DNA of 64,000 nt from Eledone cirrhosa (taxonomy: Eukaryota): the NCBI GenBank assembly GCA_964016885.1, contig OZ024744.1, positions 6,820,001-6,884,000 on the forward strand, in the 5' to 3' direction. A model generated the notes under the pieces. It worked only from the letters and a program-made list of their open reading frames with translations. It was not told where the DNA came from and searched no databases. Made by a program: the position numbers and the translations under genes. Every line of letters begins with the position of its first letter. Position 1 is the stretch's first letter. Below are positions 27,501 to 40,500 of the stretch, in pieces.

Positions 27501-30500
27501 AAGTGTGGTGCAGTAACGGCTATGTCTACTGCAGTATTGCACTGAGCTAGCTGTGGTGCAGTAACGGTTATGTCTACTGCAGTATTGCACTGATGAAGGT
27601 GTGGTGCAGTAAAGGTTATTTCTACTGCTGTATTGCACTGAGATAGGTGTGGTGCAGTAACATTTATGTCTACTGCAGTATTGCACTGAGGTAGGTGTGG
27701 TGCAGTAACGGTTATGTCTACTGCAGTATTGCACTGATGTAGGCGTGGTGCAGTAACGATTATGTCTACTGCAGTATTGCACTGAGGCAGGTGCGGTGCA
27801 GTAACGGTTATGTCTACTGCAGTATTGCACTGAGGTAGGTGTGGTGCAGTAACGGATATGTCTACTGCAGTATTGCACTGAGGTAGGTGTGGTGCAGTAC
27901 CGGTTATGTCTACTGCAGTATTGCACTGATGTAGGTGTGGTGCAGTAACGGTTATTTCTACTGCAGTATTGCACTGATGTAGGTGTGGTGCAGTAACGGT
28001 TATGTCTACTTGAAGTATTGCACTGGTGTAGGCGTGGTGCAGTAACAGTTATGTCTACTGCAGTATTGCACTGATGTAGGTGTGGTGGAATAACGGTTAT
28101 GTCTACTGCAGTATTGCACTGAGTTAGGTGTGGTGCAGTAGCGGTATGTCTACTGCAGTATTGCACTGATGTAGGTGTGGTGCATTAACGCTTATGTCTA
28201 ATGCAGTATTGCATTGATGTAGGCGTGGTCCAGTAACGGTTATGTCTACTGCAGTATTGCACTGATATAGGCGTGGTGCAGTAACGGTTATGTCTACTGC
28301 AGTATTGCACTGATCTAGGCGTGGTGCAGTAACGGTTATGTCTACTGCAGTATTGCACTGATTAGGTGTGGTGCAGTAACGGTTATTGCTACTGCAGTAT
28401 TGCACTGATGTAGGTGTGGTGCATTAACGCTTATGTCTACTGCAGTATTGCACTGAGGTAGGTGTGGTGCAGTAACCGTTATGTCTACTGCAGTATTGCA
28501 CTGAGGTAGGTGTGGTGCAGTAACGGTTATGTCTACCGCAGTATTGCACTATTGTAGGTGTGGTGCAGTAACGTTTATGTCTACTGCAGTATTGCACTGA
28601 GGTAGGTGTGGTGCAGTAACGGTTATGTCTACTGCAGTATTGAACTGAGGTAGGTGTGGTGCAGTAACGGTTATTTCTACTGCAGTATTGCACTATTGTA
28701 GGTGTAGTGCAGTAACGGTTATGTCTACTGCAGTATTGCACTGATGTAGGTGTGGTGCACTAACGGTTATGTCTACTGCAATATTGCACTGATGTAGGTG
28801 TGGTGCAGTAACGGTTATGTCTACTGCAGTATTGCACTGATGTAGGTGTGGTGCAGTAACGGTTATGTCTTCTGAAGTATTGCACTGATGTAGGTGTGTT
28901 GCTGTAACGGTTATGTCTACTGCAGTATTGCACTGAGGTAGGTGTGGTGCTGTAACGGTTATGTCTACTGCAGTATTGCACTGAGGTAGGTGTGGCGCAG
29001 TAACGGCTATGTCCACTGCAGTATTGCACTGATGTAGGTGTGGTGCAGTAACGGTTATTTCTACTGCATTATTGCACTGATGTAGGTGTGGTGCAGTAAC
29101 GGTTATTTCTACTGCATTATTGCACTGATGTAGGTGTGGTGCAGTAACGGTTAGGTCTACTGCAGTATTGCACTGAGGTAGGTGTGGTGCAGTAACGGTT
29201 ATGTCTACTGTTGTATTGCACTGAGGTATGTGTGGTGCAGTAACGGTTATGTCTACTGCAGTATTGCACTGATTAGGTGTGGTGCAGTAACGGTTATTGC
29301 TACTGCAGTATTGCACAGATGTAGGTGTGGTGCATTAACGCTTATGTCTACTGCAGTATTGCACTGAGGTAGGTGTGGTGCAGTAACCGTTATGTCTACT
29401 GCAGTATTGCACTGAGGTAGGTGTGGTGCAGTAACGGTTATGTCTACCGCAGTATTGCACTATTGTAGGTGTGGTGCAGTAACGTTTATGTCTACTGCAA
29501 TATTGCACTGATATAGGTGTGGTGCAGTAACGGTTATGTCTACTGCAGTATTGCACTGAGATAGGTGTGGTGCAGTAACCGTTATGTTTACTGCAGTATT
29601 GCACTGATGTAGGTGTGGTGCAGTAACAGTTATGTCTACTGCAGTATTGCACTAAGGTACGTGTGGTGCAGTAACGGTTATGTCTAATGCAGTATTGAAC
29701 TGAGGTAGGTGTGGTGCAGTAACGCTTATTTCTACTGCAGTATTGCACTATTGTAGGTGTAGTGCAGTAACGGTTATGTCTACTGCAGTATTGCACTGAT
29801 GTAGGTGTGGTGCAGTAACGGTTATGTCTACTGCAATATTGCACTGATGTAGGTGTGGTGCAGTAACGGTTATGTCTACTGCAGTATTGCACTGATGTAG
29901 GTGTGGTGCAGTAACGGTTATGTCTTCTGAAGTATTGCACTGATGTAGGTGTGGTGCTGTAACGGTTATGTCTACTGCAGTATTGCACTGAGTTAGGTGT
30001 GGTGCTGTAACGGGTATGTCTACTGCAGTATTGCACTGAGGTAATTGTGGTGCAGTACCGGTTATGTCTACTGTAGTATTGCACTGATGTAGGTGTGGTG
30101 CAGTAACGGTTATGTCTACTGCAGTATTGCACTGAGGTAGGTTTGGTGCAGTAACGGTTATGTCTACTGCAGTATTGTACTGATGTAGGTGTGGTGCAGT
30201 AACGATTATGTCTACTGCAGTATTGCACTGAGGTAGGCGTGGTGCAGTACCGGTTATGTCTACTGCAGTATTGCACTGATGTAGGTGTGGTGCAGTAACG
30301 GTTATTTCTACTGCAGTATTGCACTAAGTTATGTGTGGTGCATTATCGGTTATGTCTACAGCAGTATTGCATTGAGGTAGGTGAGGTGCAGTAATGGTTA
30401 TGTCTACAGCAGTATTGCACTGAGGTAGGTGTGGTGCAGTAACGGTTATGTATACTCCAGTATTGCACTGAAGTAGGTGTGGTGCAGTAACGGGTATGTC

Positions 30501-33500
30501 TACTGCAGTATTGCACTGATGTAGGTGTGGTGCAGTAACAGTTTTTTCTACTGCAGTAATGCACTGATGTATGTGTGGTGCAGTAACGGTTATGTCTACT
30601 GCAGTATTGCACTGATGTACGTGTGGTGCAGTAACGGTTATGTCTACTGCAGTATTGCACTGATTAGTTGTGGTGCAGTAACGGTTATGTCTACTGCAGT
30701 ATTGCACTGAGGTAGGTGTCGTGCAGTAACGGTTATGTCTACTGCAGTATTGCACTGAGATAGGTGTGGTGCAGTAACGGTTATGTCTACTGCAGTATTG
30801 CACTGATGTAGGTGTGGTGCAGTAACGGTTATGTCTCCTGCACTATTGCACTGAGGTAGGTGTGGTGCAGTAACGGTTATGTCTAATGCAGTATTGCACT
30901 GAGGTAGGTGTGATGCAGTAACGGATATGTCTACTGCAGTATTGCACTGAGGTAGGTGTGGTGCAGTAACGGTTATGCCTACTACAATATTGCACTGATG
31001 TAGGTGTGGTGCACTAACGGGTATGTCTCTGCAGTATTACACTGATGTAAGTGTGGTGCAGTAACGGTTATGTCTACTGCAGTATTGAACTGATGAAGGT
31101 GTGGTCTAGTAACGGTTATTTCTACTGCAGTATTGCACTGAGGTAAGTGTGGTGCAGTAACGGTTATGTCTACTGCAGTATTGCCCTGAGCTAGGTGTGG
31201 TGCAGTAACGGTTATGTCTACTGCAGTATTGCACTGATGAAGGTGTGGTGCAGTAAAGGTTATTTCTACTGCTATATTGCACTGAGATAGGTGTGGTGCA
31301 GTAACATTTATGTCTACTGCAGTATTTTACTGAGGTAGGTGTGGTGCAGTAACGGTTATGTCTACTGCAGTATTGCACTGATGTAGGCGTGGTGCAGTAA
31401 CGATTATGTCTACTGCAGTATTGCACTGAGGCAGGTGTGGTGCAGTAACGGTTATGTCTTCTGCAATATTGCACTGATATAGTTGTGGTGCAGTAACGGT
31501 TATGTCTACTGCAGTATTGCACTGAGATAGGTGTGGTGCAGTAACCGTTATGTTTACTGCAGTATTGCACTGATGTAGGTGTGGTGCAGTAACAGTTATG
31601 TCTACTGCAGTATTGCACTGAGGTAGGTGTGGTGCAGTAACGGTTATGTCTACTGCAGTATTGAACTGAGGTAGGTGTGGTGCAGTAACGGTTATTTCTA
31701 CTGCAGTATTGCACTATTGTAGGTGTAGTGCAGTAACGGTTATCTCTACTGCAGTATTGCACTGATGTAGGTGTGGTGCAGTAACGGTTATGTCTACTGC
31801 AATATTGCACTGATGTAGGTGTGGTGCAGTAACGGTTATGTCTACTGCAGTATTGCACTGATGTAGGTGTGGTACAGTAACGGTTATGTCTTCTGAAGTA
31901 TTGCACTGATGTAGGTGTGGTGCTGTAACGGTTACGTCTACTGCAGTATTGCACTGAGGTATGTGTGGTGCTGTAACGGTTATGTCTACTGCAGTATTGC
32001 ACTGAGGTAGGTGTGGCGCAGTAACGGCTATGTCCACTGCAGTATTGCACTGATGTAGGTGTGGTGCAGTAACGGTTATTTCTACTGCATTATTGCACTG
32101 ATGTAGGTGTGGTGCAGTAACGGTTATTTCTACTGCATTATTGCACTGATGTAGGTGTGGTGCAGTAACGGTTAGGTCTACTGCAGTATTGCACTGAGGT
32201 AGGTGTGGTGCAGTAACGGTTATGTCTACTGTAGTATTGCACTGAGGTATGTGTGGTGCAGTAACGGTTATGTCTACTGCAGTATTTCACTGATGTAGGT
32301 GTGATGCCGTAATGGTTATATCTACTGCAGTATTGCACTGAAATATGTGTTGTGCAGTACCGGTTATGTCTACTGCAGTCTTGCACTGAGATAAATGCGG
32401 TGCAGTAACGGTTATGTCTACTGCAGTATTTCACTGATGAAGGTGTGGTGCTGTAACAGTTATGTCTACTGCAGTATTGCACTGAAGTAGGTGTGGTGCA
32501 GTAACGGTATTGTCTACTGCAGTATTGCACTGATGTAGGTGTGGTGCAGTAACGGTTATGTCTACTGCAGTATTGCACTGATGAAGGTGTGGTGCAGTAA
32601 CGGTTATGTCTACTGCAGTATTGCACTGATGTATGCGTGGTGCAGTAACGGTCATGTCTACAGCAGTATTGCACTGATGTAGGTGTGGTGCAGTAACGGT
32701 TATTTCTACTGCAGTATTACACTGAGGTAGGTGTGATGTAGTAACGGGTATGTCTCTGCAGTATTACACTGATGTAGGTGTGGTGCAGTAACGGTTATGT
32801 CTACTGCAGTATTGCACTGATGAAGGTGTGGTGCAGTAACGGTTATATCTACTGCAGTAATGCACTGATGTAGGTGTGGTGCAGTAACGGTCATGTTTAC
32901 AGCAGTATTGCACTGATGTAGGTGTAGTGCAGTAACGGTTATGTCTACTGCAGTATTGCACTGATGAAGGTGTGGTGCAGTAACGGTTATGTCTACTGCA
33001 GTATTGCACTGATGAAGCTGTGGTGCAGTAACGTTTATGTCTATTGCAGTATTGCACTGAGGTAGGTGTGGTGCAGTAACGGTTATGTCTACTGCAGTAT
33101 TGCACTGATGAAGGTGTGGTACAGTAACCGTTATGTCTACTGCAGTATTGCACTGATGTAGGTGTGGTTGAGTAACAGTTATGTCTACTGCAGTATTGCA
33201 CTGAGTTAGGTGTGGTGCAGTAGCGGTATGTCTATTGCAGTATTGCACTGATGTAGGTGTGGTGCATTAACGCTCATGTCTACTGCAGTATTGCACTGAT
33301 GTAGGCATGGTGCAGTAACGGTTATGTCTACTGCAGTATTGCACTGATGTAGGCGTGGTGCAGTAACGGTTATGTCTACTGCAGTATTGCACTGATGTAG
33401 GCGTGGTGCAGTAGCGGTTATTTCTACTGCAGTATTGCACTATTGTAGGTGTAGTGCAGTAACGGTTATGTCTACTGCAGTATTGCACTGATGTAGGTGT

Positions 33501-36500
33501 GGTGCAGTAACGGTTATGTCTACTGCAATATTGCACTGATGTAGGTGTGGTGCAGTAACGGTTATGTCTACTGCAGTATTGCACTGATGTAGGTGTGGTG
33601 CAGTAACGGTTATGTCTTCTGAAGTATTGCACTGATGTAGGTGTGGTGCTGTAACGGTTATGTCTACTGCAGTATTGCACTGAGATAGGTGTGGTGCTGT
33701 AACGGGTATGTCTACTGCAGTATTGCACTGAGGTAATTGTGGTGCAGTACCGGTTATGTCTACTGTAGTATTGCACTGATGTAGGTGTGGTGCAGTAACG
33801 GTTATGTCTACTGCAGTATTGCACTGAGGTAGGTTTGGTGCAGTAACGGTTATGTCTACTGCAGTATTGTACTGATGTAGGTGTGGTGCAGTAACGATTA
33901 TGTCTACTGCAGTATTGCACTGAGGTAGGCGTGGTGCAGTACCGGTTATGTCTACTGCAGTATTGCACTGATGTAGGTGTGGTGCAGTAACGGTTATTTC
34001 TACTGCAGTATTGCACTAAGTTATGTGTGGTGCAGTATCGGTTATGTCTACAGCAGTATTGCACTGAGGTAGGTGAGGTGCAGTATTGGTTATGTCTACA
34101 GCAGTATTGCACTGAGGTAGGTGTGGTGCAGTAACGGTTATGTATACTCCAGTATTGCACTGATGTAGGTGTGGTGAAGTAACGGGTATGTCTACTGCAG
34201 TATTGCACTGATGTAGGTGTGGTGCATTAACAGTTATTTCTACTGCAGTATTGCACTGATGTATGTGTGGTGCAGTAACGGTTATGTCTACTGCAGTATT
34301 GCACTGATGTAGGTGTGGTGCAGTAACGGTTATGTCTTCTGAAGTATTGCACTGATGTAGGTGTGGTGCTGTAACGGTTATGTTTACTGCAGTATTGCAC
34401 AGAGGTAGGTGTGGTGCTGTAACGGGTATGTCTACTGCAGTATTGCACTGAGGTAATTGTGGTGCAGTACCGGTTATGTCTACTGTAGTATTGCACTGAT
34501 GTAGGTGTGGTGCAGTAACGGTTATGTCTACTGCAGTATTGCACTGAGGTAGGTTTGGTGCAGTAACGGTTATGTCTACTGCAGTATTGTACTGATGTAG
34601 GTGTCGTGCAGTAACGATTATGTCTACTGCAGTATTGCACTGAGGTAGGCGTGGTGCAGTACCGGTTATGTCTACTGCAGTATTGCACTGATGTAGGTGT
34701 GGTGCAGTAACGGTTATTTCTACTGCAGTATTGCACTGATGTAGGCGTGGTGCAGTAACGGTTATGTCTACTGCAGTATTGCACTGATTAGGTGTGGTGC
34801 AGTAACGGTTATTGCTACTGCAGTATTGCACTGAGGTAGGTGTGGTGCAGTAACGGATATGTCTACTGCTGTATTGCACTGACGTACGTGTGGTGCAGTA
34901 ACGGTTATGTCTACTGCAATATTGCACTGATATAGGTGTAGTGCAGTAACGGTTATTTCTACTACAGTATTGCACTGAGGTAGGTGTGGTGCAGTAACGG
35001 TTATGCCTACTACAATATTGCACTGATGTAGGTGTGGTGCAGTAACGGGTATGTCTCTGCAGTATTACACTGATGTAAGTGTGGTGCAGTAACGGTTATG
35101 TCTACTGCAGTATTGAACTGATGAAGGTGTGGTCTAGTAAGGGTTATGTCTACTGCAGTATTGCACTATTGTAGGTGTGGTGCAGTAACGTTTATGTCTA
35201 CTGCAGTATTGCACTGATGTAGGTGTGGTGCAGTAACAGTTATGTCTACTGCAGTATTGCACTGAGGTAGGTGTGGTGCAGTAACGGTTATGTCTACTGC
35301 AGTATTGAACTGAGGTAGGTGTGGTGCAGTAACGGTTATTTCTACTGCAGTATTGCACTCTTGTAGGTGTAGTGCAGTAACGGTTATGTCTACTGCAGTA
35401 TTGCACTGATGTAGGTGTGGTGCAGTAACGGTTATGTCTACTGCAATATTGCACTGATGTAGGTGTGGTGCAGTAACGGTTATGTCTACTGCAGTATTGC
35501 ACTGATGTAGGTGTGGTGCAGTAACGGTTATGTCTTCTGAAGTATTGCACTGATGTAGGTGTGGTGCTGTAACGGTTATGTCAACTGCAGTATTGCACTG
35601 AGGTAGGTGTGGTGCTGTAACGGGTATGTCTACTGCAGTATTGCACTGAGGTAATTGTGGTGCAGTACTGGTTATGTCTAATGTAGTATTGCACTGATGT
35701 AGGTGTGGTGCAGTAACGGTTATGTCTACTGCAGTATTGCACTGAGGTAGGTTTGGTGCAGTAACGGTTATGTCTAATGCAGTATTGTACTGATGTAGGT
35801 GTGGTGCAGTAACGATTATGTCTACTGCAGTATTGCACTGAGGTAGGCGTGGTGCAGTACCGGTTATGTCTACTGCAGTATTGCACTGATGTAGGTGTGG
35901 TGCAGTAACGGTTATTTCTACTGCAGTATTGCACTAAGTTATGTGTGGTGCAGTATCGGTTATGTCTACAGCAGTATTGTACTGAGGTAGGTGAGGTGCA
36001 GTATTGGTTATGTCTACAGCAGTATTGCACTGAGGTAGGTGTGGTGCAGTAACGGTTATGTATACTCCAGTATTGCACTGATGTAGGTGTGGTGCAGTAA
36101 CGGGTATGTCTACTGCAGTATTGCACTGATGTAGGTGTGGTGCAGTAACAGTTATTTCTACTGCAGTATTGCACTGATGTATGTGTGGTGCAGTAACGGT
36201 TATGTCTACTGCAGTATTGCACTGATATACGTGTGGTGCAGTAACGGTTATGTCTACTGCAGTATTGCACTGAGGAAGGTGTGGTGCATTAACGGTTATG
36301 TCTACTGCAGTATTGCACTGAGGTAGGTGTCGTGCAGTAACGGTTATGTCTACTGCAGTATTGCACTGAGATAGGTGTGGTGCAGTAACGGTTATGTCTA
36401 CTGCAGTATTGCACTGATGTAGGTGTGGTGCAGTAACGGTTATGTCTCCTGCACTATTGCACTGAGGTAGGTGTGGTGCAGTAACGGTTATGTCTAATGC

Positions 36501-37520
36501 AGTATTGCACTGAGGTAGGTGTGGTGCAGTAACGGATATGTCTACTGCAGTATTGCACTGACGTACGTGTGGTGCAGTAACGGTTATGTCTACTGCAATA
36601 TTGCACTGATATAGTTGTAGTGCAGTAACGGTTATTTCTACTGCAGTATTGCACTGAGGTAGGTGTGGTGCAGTAACGGTTATGCCTACTACAATATTGC
36701 ACTGATGTAGGTGTGGTGCAGTAACGGGTATGTCTCTGCAGTATTACACTGATGTAAGTGTGGTGCAGTAACGGTTATGTCTACTGCAGTATTGAACTGA
36801 TGAAGGTGTGGTCTAGTAAGGGTTATGTCTACTGCAGTATTGCACTGATGTAGGTGTGGTGCAGTAACGGTCATGTCTACAGCAGTATTGCACTGATGTA
36901 GGTGTGGTGCAGTAACGGTTATTTCTACTGCAGTAATGCACTGAGGTAAGTGTGGTGCAGTAACGGCTATGTCTACTGCAGTATTGCACTGAGCTAGCTG
37001 TGGTGCAGTAACGGTTATGTCTACTGCAGTATTGCACTGATGAAGGTGTGGTGCAGTAAAGGTTATTTCTACTGCTGTATTGCACTGGGATAGGTGTGGT
37101 GCAGTAACATTTATGTCTACTGCAGTATTGCACTGAGGTAGGTGTGGTGCAGTAACGGTTATGTCTACTGCAGTATTGCACTGATGTAGGCGTGGTGCAG
37201 TAACGATTATGTCTACTGCAGTATTGCACTGAGGCAGGTGCGGTGCAGTAACGGTAATGTCTACTGCAGTATTGCACTGAGGTAGGTGTGGTGCAGTAAC
37301 GGATATGTCTACTGCAGTATTGCACTGAGGTAGGTGTGGTGCAGTACCGGTTATGTCTACTGCAGTATTGCACTGATGTAGGTGTGGTGCAGTAACGGTT
37401 ATTTCTACTGCAGTATTGCACTGATGTAGGTGTGGTGCAGTAACGGTTATGTCTACTTGAAGTATTGCACTGGTGTAGGCGTGGTGCAGTAACAGTTATG
37501 TCTACTGCAGTATTGCACTG
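18860..37520. repeat. ~10.4-kb-period tandem duplication; ~18860-28070 copied at ~29270-37520 with internal deletions
   Basis: Offsets are 10407 (18928/29335, 19917/30324), then 10359 (21779/32138, 22908/33267, 24664/35023), then 9447 (26103/35550, 27242/36689). The steps are multiples of 48 (net 48, then 912). Confidence 0.88.
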
Positions 37521-40500
37521 AGGTAGGCGTGGTGCAGTACCGGTTATGTCTACTGCAGTATTGCACTGATGTAGGTGTGGTGCAGTAACGGTTATTTCTA
37601 CTGCAGTATTGCACTAAGTTATGTGTGGTGCAGTATCGGTTATGTCTACAGCAGTATTGTACTGAGGTAGGTGAGGTGCAGTATTGGTTATGTCTACAGC
37701 AGTATTGCACTGAGGTAGGTGTGGTGCAGTAACGGTTATGTATACTCCAGTATTGCACTGATGTAGGTGTGGTGCAGTAACGGGTATGTCTACTGCAGTA
37801 TTGCACTGATGTAGGTGTGGTGCAGTAACAGTTATTTCTACTGCAGTATTGCACTGATGTATGTGTGGTGCAGTAACGGTTATGTCTACTGCAGTATTGC
37901 ACTGATATACGTGTGGTGCAGTAACGGTTATGTCTACTGCAGTATTGCACTGAGGAAGGTGTGGTGCATTAACGGTTATGTCTACTGCAGTATTGCACTG
38001 AGGTAGGTGTCGTGCAGTAACGGTTATGTCTACTGCAGTATTGCACTGAGATAGGTGTGGTGCAGTAACGGTTATGTCTCCTGCACTATTGCACTGAGGT
38101 AGGTGTGGTGCAGTAACGGTTATGTCTAATGCAGTATTGCACGGAGGTAGGTGTGGTGCAGTAACGGATATGTCTACTGCAGTATTGCACTGACGTACGT
38201 GTGGTGCAGTAACGGTTATGTCTACTGCAATATTGCACTGATATAGGTGTAGTGCAGTAACGGTTATTTCTACTGCAGTATTGCACTGAGGTAGGTGTGG
38301 TGCAGTAACGGTTATGCCTACTACAATATTGCACTGATGTAGGTGTGGTGCAGTAACGGGTATGTCTCTGCAGTATTACACTGATGTAAGTGTGGTGCAG
38401 TAACGGTTATGTCTACTGCAGTATTGAACTGATGAAGGTGTGGTCTAGTAAGGGTTATGTCTACTGCAGTATTGCACTGATGTAGGTGTGGTGCAGTAAC
38501 GGTCATGTCTACAGCAGTATTGCACTGATGTAGGTGTGGTGCAGTAACGGTTATTTCTACTGCAGTAATGCACTGAGGTAAGTGTGGTGCAGTAACGGCT
38601 ATGTCTACTGCAGTATTGCACTGAGCTAGCTGTGGTGCAGTAACGGTTATGTCTACTGCAGTATTGCACTGATGAAGGTGTGGTGCAGTAAAGGTTATTT
38701 CTACTGCTGTATTGCACTGGGATAGGTGTGGTGCAGTAACATTTATGTCTACTGCAGTATTGCACTGAGGTAGGTGTGGTGCAGTAACGGTTATGTCTAC
38801 TGCAGTATTGCACTGATGTAGGCATGGTGCAGTAACGATTATGTCTACTGCAGTATTGCACTGAGGCAGGTGCGGTGCAGTAACGGATATGTCTACTGCA
38901 GTATTGCACTGAGGTAGGTGTGGTGCAGTAACGGATATGTCTACTGCAGTATTGCACTGAGGTAGGTGTGGTGCAGTACCGGTTATGTCTACTGCAGTAT
39001 TGCACTGATGTAGGTGTGGTGCAGTAACGGTTATTTCTACTGCAGTATTGCACTGATGTAGGTGTGGTGCAGTAACGGTTATGTCTACTTGAAGTATTGC
39101 ACTGGTGTAGGCGTGGTGCAGTAACAGTTATGTCTACTGCAGTATTGCACTGATGTAGGTGTGGTGGAATAACGGTTATGTCTACTGCAGTATTGCACTG
39201 AGTTAGGTGTGGTGCAGTAGCGGTATGTCTACTGCAGTATTGCACTGATGTAGGTGTGGTGCATTAACGCTTATGTCTACTGCAGCATTGCATTGATGTA
39301 GGCGTGGTCCAGTAACGGTTATGTCTACTGCAGTATTGCACTGATATAGGCGTGGTGCAGTACCGGTTATGTCTACTGCAGTATTGCACTGATGTAGGTG
39401 TGGTGCAGTAACGGTTATTTCTACTGCAGTATTGCACTGATGTAGGCGTGGTGCAGTAACGGTTATGTCTACTGCAGTATTGCACTGATTAGGTGTGGTG
39501 CAGTAACGGTTATTGCTACTGCAGTATTGCACTGAGGTAGGTGTGGTGCAGTAACGGATATGTCTACTGCTGTATTGCACTGACGTACGTGTGGTGCAGT
39601 AACGGTTATGTCTACTGCAATATTGCACTGATATAGGTGTAGTGCAGTAACGGTTATTTCTACTACAGTATTGCACTGAGGTAGGTGTGGTGCAGTAACG
39701 GTTATGCCTACTACAATATTGCACTGATGTAGGTGTGGTGCAGTAACGGGTATGTCTCTGCAGTATTACACTGATGTAAGTGTAGTGCAGTAACGGTTAT
39801 GTCTACTGCAGTATTGAACTGATGAAGGTGTGGTCTAGTAAGGGTTATGTCTACTGCAGTATTGCACTGATGTAGGTGTGGTGCAGTAACGGTCATGTCT
39901 ACAGCAGTATTGCACTGATGTAGGTGTGGTGCAGTAACGGTTATTTCTACTGCAGTATTGCACTGAGGTAAGTGTGGTGCAGTAACGGTTATGTCTACTG
40001 CAGTATTGCACTGAGCTAGGTGTGGTGCAGTAACGGTTATGTCTACTGCAGTATTGCACTGATGAAGGTCTGGTGCAGTAAAGGTTATTTCTACTGCTGT
40101 ATTGCACTGAGATAGGTGTGGTGCAGTAACATTATGTCTACTGCAGTATGGCACTGAGGTAGGTGTGGTGCAGTAACGGTTATGTCTACTGCAGTATTGC
40201 ACTGAGGTAGGTGTGGTGCAGTACCGGTTATGTCTACTGCAGTATTGCACTGATGTAGGTGTGGTGCAGTAACGGTTATTTCTACTGCAGTATTGCACTG
40301 ATGTAGGTGTGGTGCAGTAACGGTTATGTATACTTGAAGTATTGCACTGATGTAGGTGTGGTGCAGTAACAGTTATGTCTACTGCAGTATTGCACTGATG
40401 TAGGTGTGGTGGAATAACGGTTATGTCTACTGCAGTATTGCATTGATGTAGGCGTGGTGCAGTAACGGTTATGTCTACTGCAGTATTGCACTGATATAGG

